Of a DNA stretch of 39,330 bases, positions 26,364 to 36,210 are shown one piece after another. Positions within the stretch are counted from its first letter, which is position 1. Each line of letters opens with the position of its first letter. The position numbers and the translations under genes are program-made. The notes below the pieces were generated by a model. That model made no database searches. It worked only from the letters and a program-made list of their open reading frames with translations, and was not told where the DNA came from. This stretch comes from Candidatus Woesebacteria bacterium RIFCSPLOWO2_01_FULL_39_61 (GTDB taxonomy: Bacteria; Patescibacteriota; Microgenomatia; UBA8517). Location of the stretch: the NCBI GenBank assembly GCA_001793155.1, contig MGHI01000004.1:1-39330 (forward strand), given 5' to 3'.

Positions 26364-26894
26364 TTAGTTGATGAAGTTTTGACCTCCTGCGGCATAGGTT
26401 GGCTCTGTTCCTTCGCAAACTATACCCCCTCGACCCGAAACAGTATCAAAGACAACAAATGCGTTCTCAGCTGCTGCACACCTCGAGTCGTTAGATCCCG
26501 ACTCCAATCTTGCAAATACTATACCATTATTTGGAGGCGTACCACCATCGCTGTCATAACACCAATCTCCTTCAACTCCTTGCGTATTACAGGCACTAGT
26601 ACCGGTTATGTTGTAAGCTAAATTGCCTGGAACAACGGCTATTTCTCCGGCAGTAACCAAATCTGTAACCCAAGTGTTACTTTCAGTAACGTAGTCTCCC
26701 TCGTGTGATGCACCAAATGCCTGAAGTGCGTGCCCGAGTTGGGTAACTGACGAAGTTCGACCCGCGTCTCTGGTTCTGGCTAACTGTTCCTGAGGATTAA
26801 TCGCAACCAAAATAACTACGGCCAGAACTCCCAATATCGCAATAACGATCAAAAGTTCAATAAGTGTAAAACCTTTTTTCAAATAGGCAGTCAT
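26364..26894 (-). CDS. Type IV pilin, probable major pilin
   Basis: Short leader KG-FTLIELLIVI; strong SD-like GAGGGGGGGTGA (26906-26918); own promoter candidate and downstream hairpin. Confidence 0.93.
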   Translation of the reverse strand: MTAYLKKGFTLIELLIVIAILGVLAVVILVAINPQEQLARTRDAGRTSSVTQLGHALQAFGASHEGDYVTESNTWVTDLVTAGEIAVVPGNLAYNITGTSACNTQGVEGDWCYDSDGGTPPNNGIVFARLESGSNDSRCAAAENAFVVFDTVSGRGGIVCEGTEPTYAAGGQNFIN

Positions 26895-26927
26895 TTAATT
26901 AATAGTCACCCCCCCTCTTAGCAAATA

Positions 26928-27026
26928 AAAAATTCAAAATTAAAAATGCAAAATGATAAATCAAAATCTAATAATTTTTAACTTTAAATTGTAATTTTGA
27001 AATTTGATATTTTAATTTTAAATTTC
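26928..27026. repeat. AT-rich heptamer-periodic long inverted repeat in the pilin 5' UTR
   Basis: AAATTCA AAATTAA AAATGCA AAATGAT ... TAATTTT GAAATTT GATATTT TAATTTT AAATTTC. Confidence 0.8.
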
Positions 27027-27037
27027 TCAATATATCC

Positions 27038-27067
27038 AGTATTCACTAATTACCGCTCTGATGTCAA
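27038..27067 (-). promoter_or_regulatory. Promoter candidate for the major pilin
   Basis: Minus strand: perfect TTGACA, 18 nt, AATACT. Confidence 0.45.
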
Positions 27068-27080
27068 GTATATTGTTACT

Positions 27081-28286
27081 TTAGAGTTGTGTGGTCAAAT
27101 TATATATAGGCAGAATAATTGAAATTACCAAAAAAGCAACTCCAACACCCAAAAGAATCAACACCAAAGGTTCAACAGCAGCAGTTAGGGCTTTGACTTT
27201 TTGATCGCTTTCCACTTCAAAAACGTGACTTATTTTGGAGAGTACCTCGTCCATTTTCCCGGTTTCTTCTCCCACAGCAACCATTTGCGATAAAATAAAA
27301 GGGAATGCATCGGGGTGTCTCGAAAACGCGAAGGCTAATGGGAAACCTTTCTCGACCATTTTGGTAATTTCTTCAAGCGCTTCTGAAATCACAACATTTC
27401 CGACAACCTGAGAGGATATATTCAAGGCTTCAAGTATCGATACGCCCGAACCAATCATTAGGGATAGTGTTCGGGTTAGCTCGGTCAAAATAATCTGTTT
27501 TTGGAGATCTCCTACTATTGGGATTTTAAACAGAAATTCATCGGTTTTCTTCTTGCCTTCTTTAGAATTTCTGTATATACCGAAAGCATAAACACCGGCC
27601 CCCATGCCGATCAAAACCAACGGCCAGAACCGAAGCATAAAGTTTGATAGGCCTATTATTATTTTGGTCGATACCGGCAAATCCGCATCAAATTGTTCAT
27701 ATAGAGTAGTCAAACGGGGGATAACAAATATAAGCATAATTAAAGCAACCGCAATCATCCCAAGAATAATAATAACAGGATAAATTAATGCTCCTTTGAC
27801 TCTACCCTTAAACTCTTCCTGCTTCTCCAAGTCTTCGGCGAGCTTGACCAACACCTCGTCCAAAACTCCTCCTATTTCCCCTGATTTAATCAAAGCAATG
27901 TAGGTTTTTGAAAACGCATTTTTATGTTTTGACATAGAAGCAGACAGTGGTTCACCCTCTTCAACGTCAGCCAAAATTTGGGCAACTATAGTTTGCATTG
28001 ATCCTTTTGTTTGTGACCGGAGAATAAGTAGTGCTTCGGTTATCGGCAAACCGGCATTAATCATTGTCGCAAGTTGCCTGGTAAAACTTGATATATCACC
28101 ACCGGTAATTCTGTCTCTGAATTTCCTAACAAAATTGACGGAGAAATCACTTTTTGAAGAAATTGTTATTACTATTAAACCTTTCTGACGGATTAACTTA
28201 GCGGCTTGTTCCGGGTTTTGGGCTTCAACTTCGCCGATAACCAGATTGCCATTATTATCTTTGGCTTTATATCTATAGTGTTTCAT
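27081..28286 (-). CDS. pilC: Type IV pilus platform protein PilC (GspF family)
   Basis: FTRQLATMINAGLPI, SGEIGGVLD, ALIYP, VGEETGKMD, VEP. Confidence 0.96.
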   Translation of the reverse strand: MKHYRYKAKDNNGNLVIGEVEAQNPEQAAKLIRQKGLIVITISSKSDFSVNFVRKFRDRITGGDISSFTRQLATMINAGLPITEALLILRSQTKGSMQTIVAQILADVEEGEPLSASMSKHKNAFSKTYIALIKSGEIGGVLDEVLVKLAEDLEKQEEFKGRVKGALIYPVIIILGMIAVALIMLIFVIPRLTTLYEQFDADLPVSTKIIIGLSNFMLRFWPLVLIGMGAGVYAFGIYRNSKEGKKKTDEFLFKIPIVGDLQKQIILTELTRTLSLMIGSGVSILEALNISSQVVGNVVISEALEEITKMVEKGFPLAFAFSRHPDAFPFILSQMVAVGEETGKMDEVLSKISHVFEVESDQKVKALTAAVEPLVLILLGVGVAFLVISIILPIYNLTTQL

Positions 28287-28291
28287 AGGAC

Positions 28292-28370
28292 AGGTGAAAG
28301 GTGAATGGTAAAAGGTAAAAAACTGACATAAAGTCCTTGCCTTTTACCTCTTGCCTTTTACCTCTTGCCT
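28292..28370. repeat. Heptamer-periodic inverted repeat between pilT and pilC
   Basis: AGGTGAA AGGTGAA TGGTAAA AGGTAAA ... CTTGCCT TTTACCT CTTGCCT TTTACCT CTTGCCT. Confidence 0.85.
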
Positions 28371-29431
28371 TACTTTGAGGATCTTACCAACCTACTTAGC
28401 TCTTCAGGTCTTAGAGAAAATGTTTGCGCGGTTTTTAAGTCAATTTTCCCGATTTTCACCAGATTGGCAAGCGACATTTCGAGTGTGTTCATACCGACCT
28501 CCGTCGAGGTTTGAATAATATTGTCTATCTGATGAGTTTTTCCTTCCCGTACGGATGTTTTAATTGCCGAGGTTCCGAGCATAATTTCATAAGCTACAAC
28601 TCGTTTACCAGTTACGGAGGGGATGAGTCTCATCGAAAAAACCGCTTCGATTACATTGGAAAGTTGTAATCGTACCTGTTCTTGCTGTTCATCGGGAAAT
28701 ACATCAACAATTCTGTCGATTGTCTGAGAGGCGCTGTTTGTGTGTAAAGTTGCGAAGACAAGATGTCCGGTTTCCGCAACCGTTAAGGCTGATGCAATTG
28801 TTTCATAATCTCTCATTTCCCCAACGAGAACAACGTCAGGATCCTCTCTGAGTACGCTACGCAGTGCTATCTGCCAGGAGTGCGTATCGAATCCCATCTC
28901 CCTTTGAGATATTATTGAGCTTATCGGTTTAAATATAAATTCGATCGGATCTTCGATAGTTACGATATGTTCACTTCTGGCTTCGTTAATTTCATTCAGC
29001 ATCGAGGCAAGGGTTGTTGATTTTCCGTGACCGGTAGGGCCGGTAACCAATACAAACCCCTGTTTAAGACCTGTAAATGTGTGTATCAGTTTAGGAAGAC
29101 CGAGATCGTCGATTTTGGGTATTTTCAAAGGAATTCTTCTAAAGGCAAGGGCAAGAGTACCTTTTTGTGTATAAGCATTGACTCTGAAACGGGCATTTTG
29201 GTTAAAAGGGAGAGAAAAATCAACTTCTTTGTTAACAGTGAGACGTTCAATCTGCTCACTCGACATTATTTCTTTGGTAAACCTTTCGACAATCTCGGGA
29301 GTAAGAAGTTCTTCGTCCGGAATAGGGGACAGCTGACCCTCAATCCTCAAATAAGGAGCTATTCCCGATAAAATGTGCAGGTCTGATGCTTCTCTGTCTA
29401 CGGTAAGCTGTAATAACTCTTTGATATCCAC
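28370..29431 (-). CDS. pilT: Pilus retraction ATPase PilT
   Basis: ASDLH, RFRVNAY, GPTGHGKSTT, TIEDPIE, LREDPDVVLVGEMRD, AETGHLVFATLHT. Start moved to GTG 29431 because the 10 upstream codons are repeat-derived. Confidence 0.96.
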   Translation of the reverse strand: MDIKELLQLTVDREASDLHILSGIAPYLRIEGQLSPIPDEELLTPEIVERFTKEIMSSEQIERLTVNKEVDFSLPFNQNARFRVNAYTQKGTLALAFRRIPLKIPKIDDLGLPKLIHTFTGLKQGFVLVTGPTGHGKSTTLASMLNEINEARSEHIVTIEDPIEFIFKPISSIISQREMGFDTHSWQIALRSVLREDPDVVLVGEMRDYETIASALTVAETGHLVFATLHTNSASQTIDRIVDVFPDEQQEQVRLQLSNVIEAVFSMRLIPSVTGKRVVAYEIMLGTSAIKTSVREGKTHQIDNIIQTSTEVGMNTLEMSLANLVKIGKIDLKTAQTFSLRPEELSRLVRSSK

Positions 29432-29436
29432 CTTAA

Positions 29437-29500
29437 AAAATTGAAAATTGAAAATTGACAATTTGCATAATCAAATTGGTTATTTTAATTGAAAATTTCA
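29437..29500. repeat. Heptamer array (AATTGAA) between pilB and pilT
   Basis: AATTGAA AATTGAA AATTGAC AATTTGC, then CAAATTG and a degenerate partner arm. Confidence 0.7.
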
Positions 29501-29503
29501 TAA

Positions 29504-31246
29504 TTATTCCTGTGCAACTCTTAATACTTCCTCAATTGTCGTTATTCCTTCGACAACTTTTAAATATCCGTCTTGTTTCATTGTAATCATTCCTTCTTCG
29601 CGGGCCGCTTTATCTATTGCACCACTCGCATTCCGCTCTAATATAAGCCTACCTATTTTTTCGCTAACTGGCAATACTTCAAAAACTCCGACACGACCGT
29701 AATAGCCGCTGTTACCGCATTCCGGATCGCCTTTACCCTTATAAAATTTAATTGGTTGGGCCGGTCTCCATAATTGACCCAAGATGTTTGTTACCTCCTC
29801 TATAACTTTCGGTTCGGGAGAATATTCAATTTTACATGAATCGTGAATTTTACGTACAACCCTCTGGGCAACTATACAGTTTATTGTGGAAGCCAGTAAG
29901 AAAGGCTCCGCGTGCATATCCAAAAGTCTCGGAAGAGCCCCGGCTGCGTCATTTGTATGAAGTGTGGAAAAAACAAGATGCCCCGTTAATGAAGCCTGAA
30001 TAGCTAAATCCGCTGTTTCCTGATCACGGATTTCACCAACCAAAATAATATTAGGGTCCTGCCTCAAAAAGGATCTAAGCCCTGACGCAAAAGTAAGACC
30101 CGCGGCGGGATTAATTTGAACCTGATTCACCCCGGGTATTTTATATTCTATTGGGTCTTCCAACGTCAAAATATTAACTTTTGAGGTGTTAAGAGCAGAG
30201 ATCAATGAATAAAGAGTGGTAGTTTTTCCCGACCCCGTAGGCCCAGTGATTAAAATAATTCCGTGAGGCCGCAGAATATTCTCCTGCAGGATTTTAAGCG
30301 CGCGGCCACGAAGTCCAAGTTCACTTAAGCTCGGTATTCCGCCTGTTTTTTTCAAAAGCCTCATAACAATTTTCTCACCCCAAGCAGTAGGCAATGTTGA
30401 TATACGAAGGTCAACTTCGTCGCTTTCCGCTCTGAAATTAAAACGTCCGTCCTGGGGAACTCTTTTCTCATCAATCTTCATACCGGATAGAATTTTTATC
30501 CTTGATACGAGCGCTTCATGGAGTTCTTTAGGAATTGTTAATTTTTCCTGAAGTATTCCGTCGATACGGTAACGAACGCGGGTTGACGTTTCCTGGGGTT
30601 CAACGTGAACGTCAGACGCTCGGGCTTTCATAGCAAAACCTAAAATGTGTGATACTATCTCGGCTACTTTTTCTTCGCGGATAACGCCGGTTTTGGATAC
30701 ATCGAGCATCATTACCTTATCGCCGGTATCCATTTCGTGGAGTGCTTCAGACACTTCTTTCGCCAGGCTCGTTGTATACCCGGTGGAAATCAAAGTTTCT
30801 ATTTTTGAAGGCTCCGCTGCTTGGGGTTTTACAAGCATCCCCGTCTTTTGCTCGATAAACTCAATAGCAGTCAAATCCAAAGGGTTGGTCATCGCAATAA
30901 CTACTTGCTTGGCAACAGGATCAACCGATACTGGAAAGGCTTTAAACCGCATGGCTACTTCCTGAGGAAGTAAAGAAAGAGCTTCCGGGGAAACGGGAAC
31001 GGAAGCTAAGTCAATGAAGGGGACGTCATAAAGTTCCGCTTTAGCCTTGGTCAAAGAGGTTTCATCAACCAATTTTTGCGACATTAAGATGTCTTCCTGG
31101 GATTTTCCGGTCTGGATTTCAGCTAACTTAACTTGTTTGGCTTTTTGTGCATCCAGTGCTCCGTAGGATACCAATATGTCCGCGAGAGTTCTCGATGAGT
31201 CACCGTTAGCTTGCGTCTGGTCTGTTTTTGCATTCTGGGCAGGCAT
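29504..31246 (-). CDS. pilB: Pilus extension ATPase PilB (GspE family)
   Basis: N-terminal T2SSE_N region, ASDVHVEP, PQDGRF, GPTGSGKTTT, LRQDPNIILVGEIRD, LTGHLVFSTLHTN. Confidence 0.96.
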   Translation of the reverse strand: MPAQNAKTDQTQANGDSSRTLADILVSYGALDAQKAKQVKLAEIQTGKSQEDILMSQKLVDETSLTKAKAELYDVPFIDLASVPVSPEALSLLPQEVAMRFKAFPVSVDPVAKQVVIAMTNPLDLTAIEFIEQKTGMLVKPQAAEPSKIETLISTGYTTSLAKEVSEALHEMDTGDKVMMLDVSKTGVIREEKVAEIVSHILGFAMKARASDVHVEPQETSTRVRYRIDGILQEKLTIPKELHEALVSRIKILSGMKIDEKRVPQDGRFNFRAESDEVDLRISTLPTAWGEKIVMRLLKKTGGIPSLSELGLRGRALKILQENILRPHGIILITGPTGSGKTTTLYSLISALNTSKVNILTLEDPIEYKIPGVNQVQINPAAGLTFASGLRSFLRQDPNIILVGEIRDQETADLAIQASLTGHLVFSTLHTNDAAGALPRLLDMHAEPFLLASTINCIVAQRVVRKIHDSCKIEYSPEPKVIEEVTNILGQLWRPAQPIKFYKGKGDPECGNSGYYGRVGVFEVLPVSEKIGRLILERNASGAIDKAAREEGMITMKQDGYLKVVEGITTIEEVLRVAQE

Positions 31247-31257
31247 TGTATTAATTA

Positions 31258-31329
31258 AAAGTTTAAAGTGAAAAGCTAAAAATTACAAAGAAATTAGTTT
31301 TTAGCTTTTCGGTATTAGTTTTAAACTTT
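31258..31329. repeat. Heptamer-periodic inverted repeat in the pilB 5' UTR
   Basis: AAAGTTT AAAGTGA AAAGCTA AAAATTA; AAAGTTTAAA/TTTAAACTTT and GAAAAGCTAAAAA/TTTTTAGCTTTTC pair. Confidence 0.8.
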
Positions 31330-31334
31330 ATTCT

Positions 31335-31364
31335 ATTATGCCCCAGCAGGGGTGTTTCTTTCAA
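31335..31364 (-). promoter_or_regulatory. Promoter candidate for the pilus operon
   Basis: Minus strand: TTGAAA, 18 nt, CATAAT. Confidence 0.5.
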
Positions 31365-31373
31365 GATAGGGGG

Positions 31374-33107
31374 CTAAGTGGTATTTGTTTGAAGATCCCA
31401 AAATCGTCGATATAGACTTTGTTTATCTAAAAGATCTAAATGCGACCCCGCCTCGATTATTTTACCTCTTTCCATAACTATTATCTTATCGGCACGCATT
31501 GCAGTTGATAATCTGTGGGCAATAATAATAGTAGTCTTAGTGGCTGCAACCTTCCACAACGCTTCCTGAATCAGCCTCTCATTTTCCGAATCTAGCTGGC
31601 TGGTAGCTTCGTCGAAAATTATTATATCGGGATCGGATAAAACCATACGGGCTATAGCAAGTCGCTGTTTTTGTCCGCCAGATAATTTAATACCTCTCTC
31701 GCCAACATGAGTTTCATATTTTTTGGGCAAAGATTCTATAAAATTATGAAGGTTTGCAATTTTAGCCGCTGCTTCGATTGCTTTCTGGCTTGCTCTCTCG
31801 TTGCCGTAAGAAATGTTATAACCAATAGTATTGTTAAAAAGTACCGGCTCCTGGGGGACAACTCCCATAAAACTCCTGAGGTGCGACTTTGTAAACTTAG
31901 TTATGTCAACCCCGTCGATAGTAATTGCACCCTGATTGCAATCATAAAACCTCATGAGAAGTTTAATAAGTGTGGTCTTGCCCGACCCCGATCTTCCTAC
32001 GAGCGCCACTGACTGCCCACGGCGTATTTTAAGATTGATCCCCCTGACAGCGTTTTGTCTACTTTCCTCGTAGGAAAATGTTACCTTTTTAAATTCTATG
32101 TCCCCGTTTACTTGTTTTAAGAATATGGGGTTAGGGGTATCCTTAATTTCTACTTCATGATCCAGAATGCTGAAATATTTTTCCAAGTCGGTGAAGCTTT
32201 TTGCTACATCCCTGAAACTCCAAACCAATTCAAATAGTCTCGGATAAAAACTATTAACAAATCCCAGTATCAAAACAAAGTCTCCTGGTGTCAAATTCCT
32301 TTGATTAAACCGACTTAAACCCCAAAAAAGTACTAAAAAAATGCTTAAATTGACTAATGAGCCAATGCTAATATCGATGAGTCTAAAAGTGTTGACGAAT
32401 TTCCACCCGTAGGCAAGCCAGTCAACAAATCCATTCTTTAATCTTCTTAACTCCCAGTCCTCTTTAGAAAATAATTTAACCGTCTCAAAGTTCACCAGAT
32501 TATCAACAATTATTGCCGAAATTTTATCCTCCTCTTCATTGTGTCTTTTCCTCGCTTCCATATTAATTTTTACCAGATAATAGGTAATTAATGTTCCTGC
32601 CAAAAATGAGATAACCGAAAATAGTGCAATCTTGATATCAATCCCGCCTAAAAAGTAAATCATAACAATAAACCCGACCAATACTTCACTGAACCTGTGA
32701 TGAATTGCGTGAAACAACTCCCACATCGCACCATCACCTCTTTTTATAGCTGAGATTAAGGATCCTGTACTCTTATTAGAGTGAAAGATAAAATCCAAAT
32801 CCTGGATATGTTTGAAAACCGTAACCCTGGCGTTAATTCCGGCGTCAAAAGAAAGAATATCACCTAGGTAAAAGGATAAAGAACGTGTGAGCAATGCAAA
32901 AAATCTCAAAGCGATAAATAAAATCAATATCCTTAAAAGACTCGAGTAGTCTAAGTTCCCTAGACCGTCAACAAACAATTTATAAAAATAGGGGAGTACC
33001 GAAAAACTAACTCTGGAAACCAAGGTGAATACCAGAAAAATTATAAAATTAGACTTTTTTCTGGTTACAAAAAAGTAGAATGTTTTTAAAATTTTTATAA
33101 TATTCAT
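31374..33107 (-). CDS. ABC exporter, fused permease/ATPase (ABCB, ATM1/MsbA-like)
   Basis: Six-TM N-domain, NFETVKLF, GRSGSGKTT, LSGGQKQR, FDEATS, IAHRLST. Confidence 0.95.
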   Translation of the reverse strand: MNIIKILKTFYFFVTRKKSNFIIFLVFTLVSRVSFSVLPYFYKLFVDGLGNLDYSSLLRILILFIALRFFALLTRSLSFYLGDILSFDAGINARVTVFKHIQDLDFIFHSNKSTGSLISAIKRGDGAMWELFHAIHHRFSEVLVGFIVMIYFLGGIDIKIALFSVISFLAGTLITYYLVKINMEARKRHNEEEDKISAIIVDNLVNFETVKLFSKEDWELRRLKNGFVDWLAYGWKFVNTFRLIDISIGSLVNLSIFLVLFWGLSRFNQRNLTPGDFVLILGFVNSFYPRLFELVWSFRDVAKSFTDLEKYFSILDHEVEIKDTPNPIFLKQVNGDIEFKKVTFSYEESRQNAVRGINLKIRRGQSVALVGRSGSGKTTLIKLLMRFYDCNQGAITIDGVDITKFTKSHLRSFMGVVPQEPVLFNNTIGYNISYGNERASQKAIEAAAKIANLHNFIESLPKKYETHVGERGIKLSGGQKQRLAIARMVLSDPDIIIFDEATSQLDSENERLIQEALWKVAATKTTIIIAHRLSTAMRADKIIVMERGKIIEAGSHLDLLDKQSLYRRFWDLQTNTT

Positions 33108-33177
33108 AACAGTTTCTAAAGTACCTGATATAACATTCTCTTACATGCCAAGCATGCAGGCTTCGGCCGGAAAAGTG

Positions 33178-33209
33178 AAACCCTGCGCTTTAAGAGCGGG
33201 GTGAATATT
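33178..33209 (+). repeat. Isolated IS200/IS605-end-like imperfect hairpin
   Basis: AAACCCTGCGCTTTAAGAGCGGGGTGAATA resembles the two hairpins of the neighbouring element, in opposite orientation. Confidence 0.5.
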
Positions 33210-33287
33210 ATTGCGACAAAGAAAATTTCCCTTCACAGGGTCTTTAAAACAGGAATACTTCGATTATATCAGATCTCGAAATCTGCT

Positions 33288-33395
33288 ATGACATTCTCCC
33301 CGCCTTAAAAGGCGGGGTTTCTCTCTAAAGAGAATGACATATCAAAGTTCGATTCATCTCTGGGCTAAAAGCCCAGAGTTTTCTCGAAATCTGCT
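33288..33395 (-). mobile_element. 108-bp non-autonomous IS200/IS605-family derivative (both ends, no genes)
   Basis: Minus strand: TTAT|AGCAGATTTCGAGAAAACTCTGGGCTTTTAGCCCAGAGATGAATCGAA (left-end hairpin) ... GAAACCCCGCCTTTTAAGGCGGGGAGAATGTCAT (right-end hairpin ending TCAN). Confidence 0.7.
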
Positions 33396-33411
33396 ATAAT
33401 TTTTTCCTGAA

Positions 33412-34023
33412 ATGCATGCATATCTAATAGTCGATAAGAATCAAGAAAGAGTTAGAAATAAAGCAAAGGAATTATCCGAGTCCGGCAAATCCCAGTTTTT
33501 GAATTTCTCCTTGGAAAAAATAGAAAACGTCAGGGAGCTTATTAAGTTTTCGGCTCTTTCCGTGAGTAAAAAAACAACCATATTTATTGACAATATTGAT
33601 AAGGCGTCTACGGAAGCTTTGAATGCTTTTCTCAAACTTCTTGAGGAACCGCAGGAAAATTTAGAATTCATACTCGGGTCATCTTCTTCCCTTAATATCC
33701 CACAGACAATAGTTTCCCGGTGCCTTGTAATTCATCAGGAAGTTAGCGGGTACGGATATGAGCATAGCGATTTCGCAGATAATTTTTTTTCCATGAGTCC
33801 CTCGGACAGATTCGGAGCGTTATCAAAAATAAGAACCAAAGACGAAGCCTCAGATTTTTTGAAAAAACTTATTTTAGGGTTACACGCACGCCTTCATGAG
33901 GATAAGGATTTTGAAAAAATCAAACTCGTTAATCTCCTCAAACTGACACAAAAAACACTTATATCGATAAATTTAAACGGAAATGTTACTGCACAGTTAA
34001 CCAATCTGGGGGTACAAATCTGA
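33412..34023 (+). CDS. holB: DNA polymerase III delta-prime-like subunit, reduced
   Basis: IDKASTEALNAFLKLLEEP and IPQTIVSRC (SRC motif); no recognisable zinc cluster or intact Walker A; 203 aa. Confidence 0.85.
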   Translation: MHAYLIVDKNQERVRNKAKELSESGKSQFLNFSLEKIENVRELIKFSALSVSKKTTIFIDNIDKASTEALNAFLKLLEEPQENLEFILGSSSSLNIPQTIVSRCLVIHQEVSGYGYEHSDFADNFFSMSPSDRFGALSKIRTKDEASDFLKKLILGLHARLHEDKDFEKIKLVNLLKLTQKTLISINLNGNVTAQLTNLGVQI

Positions 34024-34090
34024 AGCTTGCGGTATTCCAGAAAGACTGTTTTTAAGGTATAATTAGAGGCAATTCCCTGTAGGGAAGTAA

Positions 34091-36073
<1,983 letters not shown>

Positions 36074-36124
36074 ATTGGAGTTACGTATTGAAATAATAGT
36101 ATTTATTAAATTATAATTGTAGCT

Positions 36125-36147
36125 GGACTCAGACAAGAGTCCTTTTT
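36125..36147 (+). terminator. Terminator-like hairpin after gyrB
   Basis: GGACTC-AGACAA-GAGTCC-TTTTT; a TTGAAA-18-TATAAT promoter candidate (36088-36117) lies just upstream. Confidence 0.55.
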
Positions 36148-36166
36148 GTATAGAAATTTGTTTTAT

Positions 36167-36202
36167 TTTCATTGCCAAACTTTCTTTATTAAAGAAAGTT
36201 TG
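36167..36202 (+). repeat. CTTTCTTT/AAAGAAAG hairpin before hppA
   Basis: TTTCATTGC then CAAACTTTCTTT-ATT-AAAGAAAGTTTG (36176-36202), 8 nt before the ATG. Confidence 0.8.
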
Positions 36203-36210
36203 AATTAGTT

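Noticed and set aside
23033-26894. Diversity-generating retroelement or silent-cassette system acting on pilins
   Set aside because: No reverse transcriptase, no near-identical template/variable repeat pair, and all pilin genes are full length.
29432-29461. PilT N-terminal extension MSIFNFQFFK
   Set aside because: It is the translation of the AATTGAA array; GTG at 29431 gives a normal PilT start.
33274-33397. 16-bp direct repeat as target-site duplication, att site or mini-CRISPR
   Set aside because: Only two copies, no integrase or cas gene nearby, and it is better explained as two stacked left ends.
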